Made by a program: the position numbers and the translations under genes. The notes under the pieces are model-generated. The model saw nothing but the letters and a program-made list of their open reading frames with translations, was not told where the DNA came from and searched no databases. Positions 13,225 to 26,160 of a stretch of 64,000 nt of DNA are shown in pieces; the stretch's first letter is position 1; each line of letters starts with the position of its first letter. The stretch is from Octopus sinensis (Eukaryota), in assembly GCF_006345805.1 (NCBI RefSeq), contig NC_043015.1:42036001-42100000 (forward strand), in the 5' to 3' direction.

Positions 13225-13590
13225 TCTCCACAGCTTGACAACCGGTGTTGGTTTGTTTACAAGCCCGTTATTTACCAGTTCGGTAAAAGATATCTTTTTT
13301 TTTTAAGTTTCAGCTCAGAGCTGCGGCCATGCTGATGCACCACCGTTTACGTTTACAGCACCTAGGTTTCCCAAGCGGTCACCCATCTAAGTACTAACGA
13401 GGTTCGACTTTGCTTAACTTCGGTGATCGAACGAGAACGGGTGTTTTCAAAGTGATATGGCCGTAAACATCTATAGAATAAGATCTATAGAATAAGTTCA
13501 AGACTTTAAAAGAAAATATAGTTTCTGGGATCTATTTGTGCAACTAAAGCCTTCAAGACGGTGTCCCAGGATGAATGGAAGCCAATGAAT
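13225..13590 (+). mobile_element. SINE family A, 3' half, degenerate, interrupted by the 5S chimera
   Basis: Family A sequence stops at about 13294 and resumes at 13469. Confidence 0.65.
13351..13468 (-). pseudogene. Full-length 5S rRNA copy (118 nt), probable retrocopy
   Basis: Minus strand GTTTACGGCCATATCACTTTGAAAACACCCGTTCTCGTTCGATCACCGAAGTTAAGCAAAGTCGAACCTCGTTAGTACTTAGATGGGTGACCGCTTGGGAAACCTAGGTGCTGTAAAC. Helix I pairs fully; there is no oligo-T terminator downstream. Confidence 0.9.
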
Positions 13591-13605
13591 GACGTAAATA
13601 AAATA

Positions 13606-13995
13606 TCTTTATATATAAAAGAGGAGTTGTGTCTGTCTCCTACGATTTAGATTCCTAACTACTCCCACATTTTGCGGTGCAGTTTAGCCAAAACCGGGCA
13701 TCTTATAGTCGTGATTCATATCGAGCCCTTCTGGGTATTAGCGCGCATCTACGATGAGTCTACGATTTAAAAACCAATTACCATCATTTTTTCCATTTTA
13801 ATGCATTTTTTCGCTATTATTTAAGGGAAGTAACTCTCTAAAAATGTCTACGATGAGTCAACTATTTTAAAAAATATTACCATCATTTTTTTCCATTTTT
13901 AATGTATTTTTTGCTATTTTTTGGCTATAACTCTCTAAAATGCTTATATAGTTATTTCCCTTACAAACCCGAGCAACGCCGGGCGATACTGCTAG
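13606..13995 (+). mobile_element. Non-autonomous Helitron
   Basis: A|TC 5' end (TCTTTATATATAAAA), subterminal hairpin CCCGAGCAACGCCGGG, 3' CTAG|T, and an internal ~100-bp direct duplication. Confidence 0.9.
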
Positions 13996-14579
13996 TAAAC
14001 TATAAAATTTAACATAATATAATAAATATGATGCAATGTATAATATAAAATATATTTCTGCAAATCAGTTGTCATGGATGATCTTCGTTTCCTGCGCAAG
14101 AAATCATACCGGAAGTTAACTTCAACATGGTGTTTCGTCTTGTTTCGGGATTTCAATAAAAAACATATAAAATAAAAATAGATAAGAAAAAAATCCTGCA
14201 AGGCTTGTTATTATTGGACTCAAATCAGCCGAGTGTAACACTTCTCTACAAATCTCTGGCCTCTTATTTAATATAAGGAACCATTATTGGCAAGAATTCA
14301 ATCATCCATGGGACTATTTCTAAATGATTGCGTAACAGATTCGTTTCTTTTTTTATCATATGTATATATATATATATATATATATAGCAAGTAACGGTTG
14401 AAATTCTGTGAAGATCCATCCAAGACAGCCTTTTCCTAGAACACAATGAACCAGACATCGAGGCTCCGGCATGACGCAAAGATTTCGTTGATTTAACATT
14501 TTACTTTGGCTGTAAAATAAATTATTATTATAATCATTATTATTATTATTATTATTATTGTTATTATTATTATTATTAT

Positions 14580-14620
<41 letters not shown>

Positions 14621-14695
14621 AGTAGTAGTAGTAGTAGTAGTAGTAGTGACAGGAGCTGACGCAGCAATATTATTACTATTTTATTATTATATTAC

Positions 14696-14762
<67 letters not shown>

Positions 14763-15163
14763 CAATGCATATATCCGTAAAAGGGAAACGAATACAAGCA
14801 TCAACAACATTCTAGGCATTCACATCCTTTTCATGTTTGTTGTGATTACTAATTCTCGATATTTCCTGCAAAAAATACATTCAAAGGAACAGTAGTAGTA
14901 GTAGTAGTAGTAGTGGAATATGTTCTTCAGCCCCAGACAGGTCTTGATCTAGAAGAACCAGTGGCAAAGACGATGAGACTAGAAATAACCTATCCTATAC
15001 CCATCCAGCCATCCAGCCATCCATTCATATATATATATATATATATAAATGTGTGTATGTATATATACATACATTATACATATATATTGTGCATCTGTGT
15101 ATGCTTATGTATATATATATATATATGAGATATGTTATCATAAATATCTCATATCTCTACCTC

Positions 15164-15207
<44 letters not shown>

Positions 15208-15223
15208 CTATCTATCTATCTAT

Positions 15224-15265
<42 letters not shown>

Positions 15266-16063
15266 ATATATATAACCATATATATAAACACATATATACA
15301 TGCATATATATGTGTGTGTGTATGTGTGTGTGTGTGTGTATACACCAATTTTATACATATAATTATATACATACATATACATACGTTTATGAAATTGTTT
15401 TGCAAGATTCCTCGTGTGAAATCTTGTGTTGAAACAGATATTAAGTTTCGGGATGGCCATGTTTTTTTTTGTTTTTTTTCTTGCCAAATAAACACACACG
15501 CTCTATATTCGTTGGTCACTCGTTTATAACTGTTCTTATTCAATCTTATGTCCACTGTCCGAGTAATATTGCTATATCACTTTTATCCAAAATAATACGA
15601 CTTATCCCATCGTTTACATGATATTACAAAATAGAAAAGATATGTTCTGATATTATCAAACATGGAGGGATTTGTCTGGTTCTGATGTTTCTCTAAAGTT
15701 CTTTCTTTCTGTTTTTATTCATGAAACAAAAATTGTTTCGTTTATACAACGGCACTTGAGTAGAATATTTTCCATTTTTTTTTCGAGTACATTTAATATT
15801 TCAATTTGCATTTCCAGAGGCGATGATGTTTCTGTGATGTTTTAATGATTCTATAAGAGTGAAAAATATAATCTTTAAAACTTCGCTCAAAAAGTTATCA
15901 AGAGAAATTTTTCAAATCTAGTAAGTTTAAACTGAGAAGCAACTACACACGACACGCACGTATATTCATATACATTGAGAAAGACAGACAGGCAGACAGA
16001 CAGAAAGACGAACGGACGGACGGACGGACGGACGGATGGATGATGGATGGATGGATAGACAGA

Positions 16064-16210
<147 letters not shown>

Positions 16211-16212
16211 TC

Positions 16213-16390
16213 AACATCGAAAAATACCTTAGGAATGAGAACCCAGGTTTGAAATTTCCCCAAGACACCTGATGAAGGCTGGGTGGTATATCAGCCGAAA
16301 CGTTGTGTTAACAACAAACAAGATGAGGACAAATATCCGTCAAATGTAAATAATGTAAATAATGTACGTAATTCCTCATCACTTAAATAT
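16213..16390 (+). mobile_element. Penelope-like pLTR remnant next to (TAA)n
   Basis: Contains an HHR motif and an AT-rich tail, abutting a long (AAT)n tract. Confidence 0.6.
16264..16309 (+). ncRNA. Type I hammerhead ribozyme (minimal helix III)
   Basis: GACAC-CTGATGA-A-GGCTG(loop)CAGCC-GAAAC-GTT/GTGTT. Confidence 0.75.
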
Positions 16391-16788
16391 TATACAGTAA
16401 TTTTCATCACTGTCATATGGATAAAATCAAAGGCAAATTATGTAAAAATTGCAGCCTCTTAAATATGTAAAAATTATTTTTTTGTGTTAAAGATTTCCGC
16501 CTTTTGATAGATTTACTATTAAATTTTGATGATTTAACGACCGATAAACGACTGGTATCACTTAAGGTTGAGATGTGGCCAGTGGTGCGTAGTCGTGCAG
16601 ACGAGGTATTGGGCAGATTCGTTTTTGGGCGCAGTTGGTAGCTTGTAAGAGGCCTTCCATGGCAGGCGTGTTATGATCAATATAGTGCGTCGCATAAATA
16701 ATCATAGGTCAGTTAAAGTGAAAAGAACAGTATTGTGAACGACAAAGATAATACCCGGTAGCAAAGCACCAAGTAGATGACCATTATC

Positions 16789-17215
16789 TACGGCGAGCTA
16801 GCAGAATCGGTAACACGCTGCACGAAATTCTTCTTCTTAATCCTTTTTTCCCCCTTGTGGAGCATGGGGCCTTAACAGTTGTTTTCCACTCTTTGCGGTC
16901 ATTGGCGTGTTTCTTGGCTGCTTCCCATGTTAGGCCGGTGGTCCTGAGCTCATCCAAAATGCTCCGCTTCCATGTCTACTTTGGGCGTCCTCGTTTCCTT
17001 TTCCCCAGGACGAAATGCTGAGCGTATTTCATCTGCCGCTACGTTCTGAGTTCAAATTCCGCCGAGGTCGACTTTACCTTTCATCCTTTCGGGGTCGATT
17101 GAATAAGTACCAGTTACGTACTGGGGTCGATATAATTGACTTAATACGTTTGTCTGTCCTTGTTTGTTCCCTCTGTGTTTAGCCTCGTGTGGGCAGTAAA
17201 GAAATAGATATTTCG
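16789..17215 (+). mobile_element. SINE family B interrupted by an RTE fragment
   Basis: Head at 16789-16828, remainder at 17010-17215. Confidence 0.8.
16829..17009 (-). mobile_element. RTE-clade LINE 3' end
   Basis: GKRKRGRPK...WKRSILDELRTTGLTWEAAKKHANDRKEWKTTVKAPCSTRG then a (GAA)n tail; ACGAAAT target duplication (16822-16828 / 17010-17016). Confidence 0.8.
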
Positions 17216-17512
17216 CCCGTCGCTACGCACGTTCAAATTCAAATTCCACTTTGACTTTCATCATTTCGGGGTCGATAGATTAAGTACCAGTGAAACACTG
17301 AGGTCGCTGTAATCGGCTATTTCCCTCCCCCATAATTTCAGGCCTTGTGCCTTTAGTAGAAAGGATTATCTGGTGGTATCGCTCAACGCCAGACATGATC
17401 ACTCCACTCTTCTAGTTTGTCCACCATTTTTTGTCTCATAATAGGTGTTTACAATGTGTGGAAGAGCACAGATTGATCGAGTGGACGGGGCTTTGTTAAG
17501 TATAAACGAAAG

Positions 17513-17745
17513 GCGGCAAGCTAGCAGAAAAGTTAGCACGCCGGGCGAAATGCTTTGCGGTATTTCGTCTGCCGTTACGTTCTGAGTTCAAATTCCACCA
17601 AGGTCGACTTTGCCTTTCATCCTTTCGGGGTCGATTAAATAAGTACCAGTTACGCACTGGGGTCGATATAATCGACTTAATCCATTTGTCTGTCCTTGTT
17701 TGTCCTCTCTGTGTTTAGCCCCTTGTGGGTAATAAAGAAATAAGT
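17513..17745 (+). mobile_element. SINE family B
   Basis: Near-complete match to 8413-8645. Confidence 0.9.
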
Positions 17746-18279
17746 ATAAACGATATTTTCCCAGCGTTACTTTTCCAAATCTGGGTACGTTTTCCAAAAT
17801 ACGTCTACCATTCTAGATTGAAGCAGCCTGATATACAATGTCAAGACTGGATTACTTTTCTCACCGTTTCTGTCCACCCGTTTACACACGAATCATGGGT
17901 TCTGTACGATGCAATGAAGAAATATACTGCCTTGAGAAGCTTTGGAATAAAAAGGAAGCAGAAATTCGTAATTGCCACGTGAATATCTTTATCATTGTAC
18001 GCCTCCGCGATCTATGGATTTTGCACATAAACACACACACGTACATGCATAATCACACGCATGCACGTACACTCGTACGCACTCACACACATGCACCCAA
18101 CGATATGTGTGTTTATGGAAATACACAGACTTCAATACCCATATGTTTTATATATAAATATACTTTTATATACATGCATAGCTGTATTCATGTATGTACA
18201 TAGATATAGATAGATAGATGCATAGTATATATAGTTATATGCGTATGTAATGTATACATGCATTCATATACACATTGCC

Positions 18280-18344
<65 letters not shown>

Positions 18345-18481
18345 TGTATGTGTGTGTGTGTGTGTTGAAAGTATATAAATACACGCACACTCATATCAAT
18401 GTAATAAACAAATAAAACAGCTGATAGTCTTATGAATGTTATAAAGGTATATCTGTATATTCTTATCTATACAGTCTATCT

Positions 18482-18518
<37 letters not shown>

Positions 18519-18643
18519 ATATCTATCTATCTATCTATCTAGCTAGCTAGCTAGCTATCTATCTATCTATCTCTATCTATCTTTCTATCTATCTATCTAC
18601 TATCTATCTATCTATCTATCTTTCTATCTATCTATCTATCTAT

Positions 18644-18688
<45 letters not shown>

Positions 18689-18746
18689 ATATGCGTGTGT
18701 GTGTATATATACATAAACACATATGCACCAATGTGTGTGCGTATTG

Positions 18747-18779
<33 letters not shown>

Positions 18780-19052
18780 TATGCATGTATGCATAATAGT
18801 ATTTGCGCCTGCGTATTAGACAGAAATATAATATATATGTGCTGAATACTGAATACAAAAACGCAATGAAAGCTTCTGTTTGCTTCCATTCATAGCTGTG
18901 CTGAGGATCTTTCTCTCAAGTCCATTGTTGTCAAAGGTTTTTGTGTTGAATGTTTGGTGATCGTTCTCTGTATAAAAACCCAGCAGAATCAAAAGAAAGG
19001 ACAGAAATGAAGACAAGTGGCAAACACAGAATCCTATTCTCTTCACAAAAAT

Positions 19053-19092
<40 letters not shown>

Positions 19093-19253
19093 CATATATA
19101 TATAAACAGACACACAAATGAGCGCTCACTCACACACACAAAGAACGTTTGGGATAACGCATTCGCCATATTGTCTGGATATCTATTACATATATACATA
19201 TGTATATTATATATTATATATATATATATATACATAATGTATATATATATATG

Positions 19254-19337
<84 letters not shown>

Positions 19338-19507
19338 GTATATGTGGTGTATGTGTGTGTATATGTATATGTATATACGTGTATGTGCATATATGTAGTA
19401 TATGATATACAAGTGTATAGACACACAATATTTTACGTATATATTATTCCATGCATATACCTACATATATATATTATATATATTATATATATTATATATA
19501 TATATAC

Positions 19508-19545
<38 letters not shown>

Positions 19546-19645
19546 CTTTATATATATTATGCATATGTATATATATATATATGTATGTATATATATATAC
19601 TATATATATTTTATGAATATATGGTGTTCGTTTTCTCTCTGTCTC

Positions 19646-19699
<54 letters not shown>

Positions 19700-20124
19700 A
19701 TACTAAATACAGTTCTACATAAAAACATAAAAGCCAGAATGATTGTTCTAAACAATACATTGTTCTAAACCTCACACAGACACTGGGACACAGAGACATA
19801 GAGATAATTGAAGAGATCGATAGATCGATAAATTGATACATAGATATCACCATCGTTTTTTTTTCTTCTTCTTCCTCTATATTTCTCTGTAATGGAAACT
19901 ATTTTCATACTTACGTCTGAACATCGAAATCCCTGGCGTATGTTTGTATACATTATGCTACCTCAAGTATTGAACACGGAACTGCTAGCTCAGAAGCCAA
20001 AATTTTATAGCCCTGCTATATACTGGACTGGCAATTAATATAGTTCATTGTTTCCGATTAAGATATAAGGCATGAACTGAGTAAATTTGAGGAGAGGGGT
20101 ATATTTGTAACCCTCGTCCATAGT

Positions 20125-20515
20125 AGGAGTGGCTGTGTGGTATGTAGCTTGCTTACCAACCACATGGTTCCGGGTTCAGTCCCACTGCGGGACAACTTGG
20201 GCAAGTGTCTTCTACTATAGCCTCGGCCCGACCAAAGCCTTGTGAATGGAGTTGGTAGACGGAAACTGAAAGAAGCCTGTATGAATGTATGTATGTGTGT
20301 GTATATGTTTGTGTCTGTATTTGTCTTCCCAACATCGCTTGACAACCGATGCTGGTGTGTTTATGTCCCCGTAACTTAGCGGTTCGGCAAAAGAGAAAGG
20401 TAGAATAAGTACTAGGCTTACAAAGAATAAGTCCTGGCGTTGATTTGCTCGACTAAAGGCTGTGCTCCAGCATGGGCGCAGTCAAATGACTGAAACAAGT
20501 GAAAGAGTAAAAAGA
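20125..20515 (+). mobile_element. SINE family A, full length
   Basis: Head, core, internal microsatellite, 3' domain and (GAGTAAAA)-type tail. Confidence 0.9.
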
Positions 20516-21094
20516 GAGAACTTGACCTGTACTTTCTTTTAGCGATTCCGGGAAGTTGAAAGACAGTTTTGACTTTGCTGTGATTTGAACTCAGAAGATA
20601 TATATATATATATATATATATACTAAAACATTACCCGACCTCGACCTATGACAGGGAAGTTTGCAAGTATACTTTTCACCATGGTTAGCGTCTGGAGTTT
20701 TGGCATACAATTTAACTTTTATCATATTCCTTGGTACTTATACAAAATGATTGAATAAATGCTATTATACTCTTTTTCAAACGAATAAATATTTATTGTC
20801 TTTAAATAAAATAGAATAAAACCAATTTCTCATCTGTATAACTCCTCTTATGATTATTTTATCATCTGTTTCCTCCTCCTTCTCCTCCCCTGTTTCTCTG
20901 TCTATATGATTTTCTTCTCTGCACCGCTTATGTTAGGTCTCTGTATTTTCCTTTACACTCTCTTTCTCTCTCTCATATATATAAAGTATGGAGGTTTAGT
21001 TCACAAGTGATCTAAAAGATTACGTACGCTAGGTAAGTGCTGTAACGGATTACTAGAGCTCCAAGGTTATAGTCGCGACGGTAGTTATGGAGTT

Positions 21095-21215
21095 TCGGGG
21101 TCGATAAATTAAGAACCAGTTACGCACTGGGGTCGATGTAATCGACTTAATACCTATGTCTGTCCTTGTTTGTCCCCTCTGTGTTTAGCCCCTTGTGGGT
21201 AATAAAGAAATAGGT
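21095..21215 (+). mobile_element. SINE family B, 3' part
   Basis: TTTCGGGGTCGATAAATTAAG...CCCCTTGTGGGTAATAAAGAAATAGGT. Confidence 0.85.
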
Positions 21216-22427
21216 AGTTATGGAGCCATCGCAGATTTCCAATGCAGCGGATATATAATAGTTAAACGAGACGTCAAACATTAAGGCAAGACAAACATCT
21301 CGAGTCATATACAATATTATTATAGAGAAAAATTCAAAATCTTACAGCTGTTTCTGGGATACCCCCGAGTATGGGATAGTTTTCATTTTTGATGCAATCT
21401 CTGATGATTTGATGATGCGATTTAATTATAAAGTATTTCATTATATGATAGAGATTGTTAATGGAAACCTATATGAATTTATTGTATAAATTTATTGAAT
21501 AAACCTAAATATGTTTCTTCTGCTTTCTCTCTGTCTATCCATCCCTCTCACTCACTCTCTCTCTCTTTCACTCTCTCTCTCCCATCTCTTTCTCTCTATA
21601 TGAATGTGTGTATATGTCTGCATACAAAGAGAGAGAAAGGGAGAAGCATCTAGAAAAGGACACAGAGACACAGAGAGAGAGTGTTATTTGAAGATGTGTT
21701 CGCTGTTATATCTAACCGCTCGTAGAATCCCGTTTAGTGCCCATGACACATCGGCTGGAATAACCATACACTGTTATTTGATAACAACCAGTAATATGCT
21801 CTTATTTCAAACGACTATCTTTTTTCTCTTCTTAGATAAGAAATTATTTCTGTTCTCTTTGTTCTGAACCAATAAAAAGGAACTGTTAGAAACATATGAA
21901 AGGATATTCCGGGCTACAGTTTTTTCCAATTCAAACTGGCAGTAACAACTTAAACAACTAGCTTGTTTTTTTCACTCGCTGAATATCAAACATTCGGTAA
22001 AAAACACTTTAAACATTTGTCTCAATTGTTTAACAATTATTTGTCAAAAATAAATTGTTTTTCACCGTTTCTCTTTATTCTCTCCTTAGCTTTTTTTAAT
22101 ATTTTTTACGTTTGCATATAGTCAATTAGTCATCCATTTTGTTTTTAAATTCTTATGACGAATTTTTAATTCTTTGTCTTCCATTCCACACATTAGTTTT
22201 ATATGTATATATATATATATAGTATATATATATATATACACACATTCACATTCCATCTTAGCGTCTTCATTTTTCTTTCACATATACATATACATATATA
22301 TATATATATATTATAATATATATATATATATATATATTAATTATAATAGATAGATAGATAGATAGGAGATGGATGGATGGATGGATGGATGGATGCACAA
22401 ATATCTATCTATTTGCCCATCTATCTA

Positions 22428-22458
<31 letters not shown>

Positions 22459-22464
22459 GATTCA

Positions 22465-22685
22465 TGAAGGCTGGTTTCCCATTTTCAATGGCGTGTGTAT
22501 TCTCCACCTGGACGGGACGCCGGTCCCTCGCAGGGTCACTCATTTTTACCAGCTGAGTGGACTGGAGCAACATGAAACGAAGTGTTTTGCTCAAGAACAT
22601 TAATGCGATACCCGGTCCAGGAATCGTAACTAAGATATTACGATCATGAGTTCTACACCCTAACCACTAAGCCACGCGTCTCCAA
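22465..22685 (-). mobile_element. tRNA-derived SINE family C
   Basis: Minus-strand head GGAGACGCGTGGCTTAGTGGTTAGGGTG, central TGCTCCAGTCCACTCAGCTG, and a 3' module shared with 23121-23432. Confidence 0.75.
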
Positions 22686-22798
22686 CAAACACACATGTAT
22701 GTATGCACACACATATACACACTCAGATAGACAGACAGACAGCTAGATAGATCGATAGACAGACATACACACACACACACACACACAAAGATAGATGT

Positions 22799-22872
<74 letters not shown>

Positions 22873-22934
22873 TAATTGATTGATTGATTGATTGATTGAA
22901 TGATTGGTTGATTGATTGACTGATTCTTTAACTC

Positions 22935-23830
22935 ACCAGCTTTAGCCATGCTGGGGTACTACCGATAGCTTGCTACAGCCATGCTAGGGTACGACCGATG
23001 GCTTGCTACACCTTCAGTACTCGAGATCTCTGATACGTGGTATTTGGTGAATGAGGGAGTTTGATGCTGCTGCTCTCATCTGTGTTGCTTGCCATGAGAT
23101 AGGCTCATCAGGAAATCTTGTTCGTTGTTTGTTTGTTCCTTCTCGAGCCACGCCTGGCTCGTAAGGGCCGGTCTCCCGGTTTCCTTAGCGTATAGGTTCC
23201 CCACCTGGACGGTACGCCGGTCCGTCGCAGGTGAGCTGCAAGATGCATGAGGAAAGAATGAGAGAAAGTTGTGGCGAAAGAGTCAACAGAAGTTCGCCAT
23301 TAACTTCTGCCGGAGCCGCGTGGAGCTTAGGTGTTTCGCTCGTAAACACACACGTCGCCCGGTCTGAGATTCGAACCCGCCATCTCTCGACCGCAAGTCC
23401 GTTGCTCTAACCACTAGGCCATGTGCCTCCACCAGGAAATCTTGATAGGAGACGATCTAGTGTTATTTTGTAGACACCTACGTCTACCCCATGCAGGTCT
23501 CTCGGGGTTTGGGGGAGAATATTGAAAATTTGTGGGCCGTCGAAGCTGAAGCTGTTGCAGTATCTACTCCCGTATCGTGATGGCAGTGTTGGGATCTTTG
23601 GCACTATGTATTAGCGCCCCGTTCTGCTGTTTGTGTAACTAACAATGCCAAAGTTTGGTAAAGTTCTCCAAGTATTTTCCTGATGTATACCACCGCACTC
23701 TTTGCCCGCCCTTTTTCTAGGGATTAGAGTCTCAACCTACTCAGACTTTCCTAATAGCTAACATGTTGCGATGAACTTCGCGTAGCTTTTCTGTATTGCT
23801 TCGAGTTACGCTGTTAATTTTATTGGGAGC
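22935..23830 (-). mobile_element. CR1/L2-like LINE 3' end (RT C-terminus + 3' UTR), interrupted by a SINE
   Basis: LEAIQ...SY.ESLSRLRL.SLE...PNFGIVSYTNSRTGR.YIVPKIP...NSFSFDGPQIFNILP...LDRLLSRFP, continuing after the SINE as DEP...RAAASNSLIHQ. Confidence 0.85.
23121..23432 (-). mobile_element. tRNA-derived SINE family D with 12-bp TSD
   Basis: A-box GGCCTAGTGG and B-box GGTTCGAATC; TSD CAGGAAATCTTG at 23109-23120 and 23433-23444. Confidence 0.9.
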
Positions 23831-23979
23831 GTTTGTGTAAGCGGTCATGTGTATCCATGTGTGTGTGGTGTGTGTGTGTAACGTAAAGCGTGAAGGAAGA
23901 TTTCAAACTGCCAAACAACCAACCAACCGACATTTATGCCGGCTATTACTATTTAGAGATGTTAAGCCAGCGATCTGGC

Positions 23980-24185
23980 AGAATTGTTACAGTCCCGGAC
24001 AAAGCGCTTAGTGGCATTTCATCCGTCTTTGGAGTTTGATTTCAAACTCCACCGAAATCGACTTCACCTTTCATTCTTTCGGAATCGATTAAAATAGTAC
24101 AAATAAATCAAAAATTGGGATCGATATATTCGGTTATCCCCCACCCCCAAAATTCGGGACCTTGTGCCTGTAGTAGAAAGGGTCA
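23980..24185 (+). mobile_element. SINE family B variant (tail GGCCTTGTGCC...GTAGAAAGG)
   Basis: Degenerate head and Meta-like domain with the alternative tail also seen at 17330-17370 and 43735-43765. Confidence 0.7.
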
Positions 24186-24546
24186 TTGTATAGAAATGTT
24201 CTTGAGAAGTAAATGGACAAATAAATAAACAAACGGCAGGGAAAGAAAATGCAATTAAAAACTGAGGTGTCGTATGACTACACTTTGATGAATATGAGCA
24301 GGTATGTGTAGGTGTGTATGTATATGGGGGCGTTGTGTGTTTGTGCGCTTATATATGTTTATATGTGTGTGTGTATGTTTGTGTGTTTGTGTGTGCTTGT
24401 CTGTCTGTGTATGTCTGCTTGTATGTGTGTGTGTGCATGAATATATATATGGGGACGGGGTGTGTTTGTGTGCGTACACATGTTTATGCGTGTGTGTGTA
24501 TGCTTGTGTGTTTGTGTGTGCTTGTCTGTGTGTGTGTGCGAGTGTG

Positions 24547-24577
<31 letters not shown>

Positions 24578-24889
24578 GGGGACGTTGTGTGTTTGTGTGC
24601 TCATATATGTTTATGTATGTGTGTGCTTGTGCGTGCTTGTGCGTGCTTGTATGTGTGTGCGTGCATGTGTGTGAGTGTGTATGCTTGTGTGTTTGTGTGT
24701 GCCTGTCTGTGCGTGTGTACGTGTGAGTGTGTATCTGTGTGCTTATATGTGTGTTTATGTGTGTGTTTGTTTGTCTGTGCATGTGTGTGTGGGTGGATGT
24801 GCAGATATAAGAAGTAAAAAAAAAAGAATTATGGGATGCAATTGTTGTTTAGCTCGAGCTTAAAGACTAATTGTATCTGAAAAAAGTCA

Positions 24890-25442
24890 AAATCGCAATG
24901 ACGGTTGCCAATGGTAACAACAGCAACAACAACAGCAAGCAGAACAACAACATCAACAGCAGGACTTCATTAAACGAGCAGCAGCAACCAGAACAGCATG
25001 AAGGATGTCTTAGCCACAAGGGACATCATCAGCATCATCAACATCATAACAATCACCATCACCATCAGCAGCAGTATCATCATCATTGTCCTCCTCCTCA
25101 TCATCATCATCGCCACTACCATCATCATCATTATCATTATAATTACCACTACCACCTCTACCACCTCTACCACCTCTACCACATCTACCACCAACACCAT
25201 CATCATCATAATCAACATCATCATCATGATCATCGTAATCACCATCATCATCATCATTATCATTATAATTACCACTACCACCAATACCATCATCATCATA
25301 ATCAACATCATCATCATGATCATCGTAATCACCATCATCATCATCATTATCATTATAATTACCACTACCACCAATACCATCATCATCATAATCAACATCA
25401 TCATCATCATCATCATAACCAACACCATCATCATCATCACAC

Positions 25443-25512
<70 letters not shown>

Positions 25513-26107
25513 GCTACCACCATCATTATCATTATAATTACCACTACCACCTCTACCACATCTACCACCAACACCATCATCATCATAATCAACATCATCA
25601 TCAAAGTCATCACCATAACCACTATCATCATCATCATCATCAACATCATCATCATCATCATCAACATCATCATCATCATCATCAATATCATCATCGTCTT
25701 CATCAGTAGCAACAACAATGGGAACATCAACAACGAGGACATTATAAGCGTCTCATTAAGATGACGAAACATCCGCAAGGGCGTTATACTAACTGCTTGA
25801 AATAGCAACCAAATCTTCTTAAAATTTTCACCCCATCATCATCATCATCTGACCATCTTATTAAAGGACAACTTGGATTCTTTGCCGAAGGGGGGATGAT
25901 CACGGGTGGAATGCTTTTGAACAGCGGTCGGCTTGATCAGAGGTTAAACTACAGCAACAAAAAGCATATTAACAAGCACAACAACAACAATAAAATTGAC
26001 AATAACAACGCGACATAATTAAGAATGTAACATTATCATAAACAATTGCAACGAAAGAGGAGAATAATAATAATAATAATGATGATGATGATAATAACAA
26101 TAATAAT

Positions 26108-26160
<53 letters not shown>

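Noticed and set aside
17725-17982. 85-aa ORF in unique sequence
   Set aside because: Starts within a SINE tail, has no recognisable motif, and splice signals are ambiguous on both strands.
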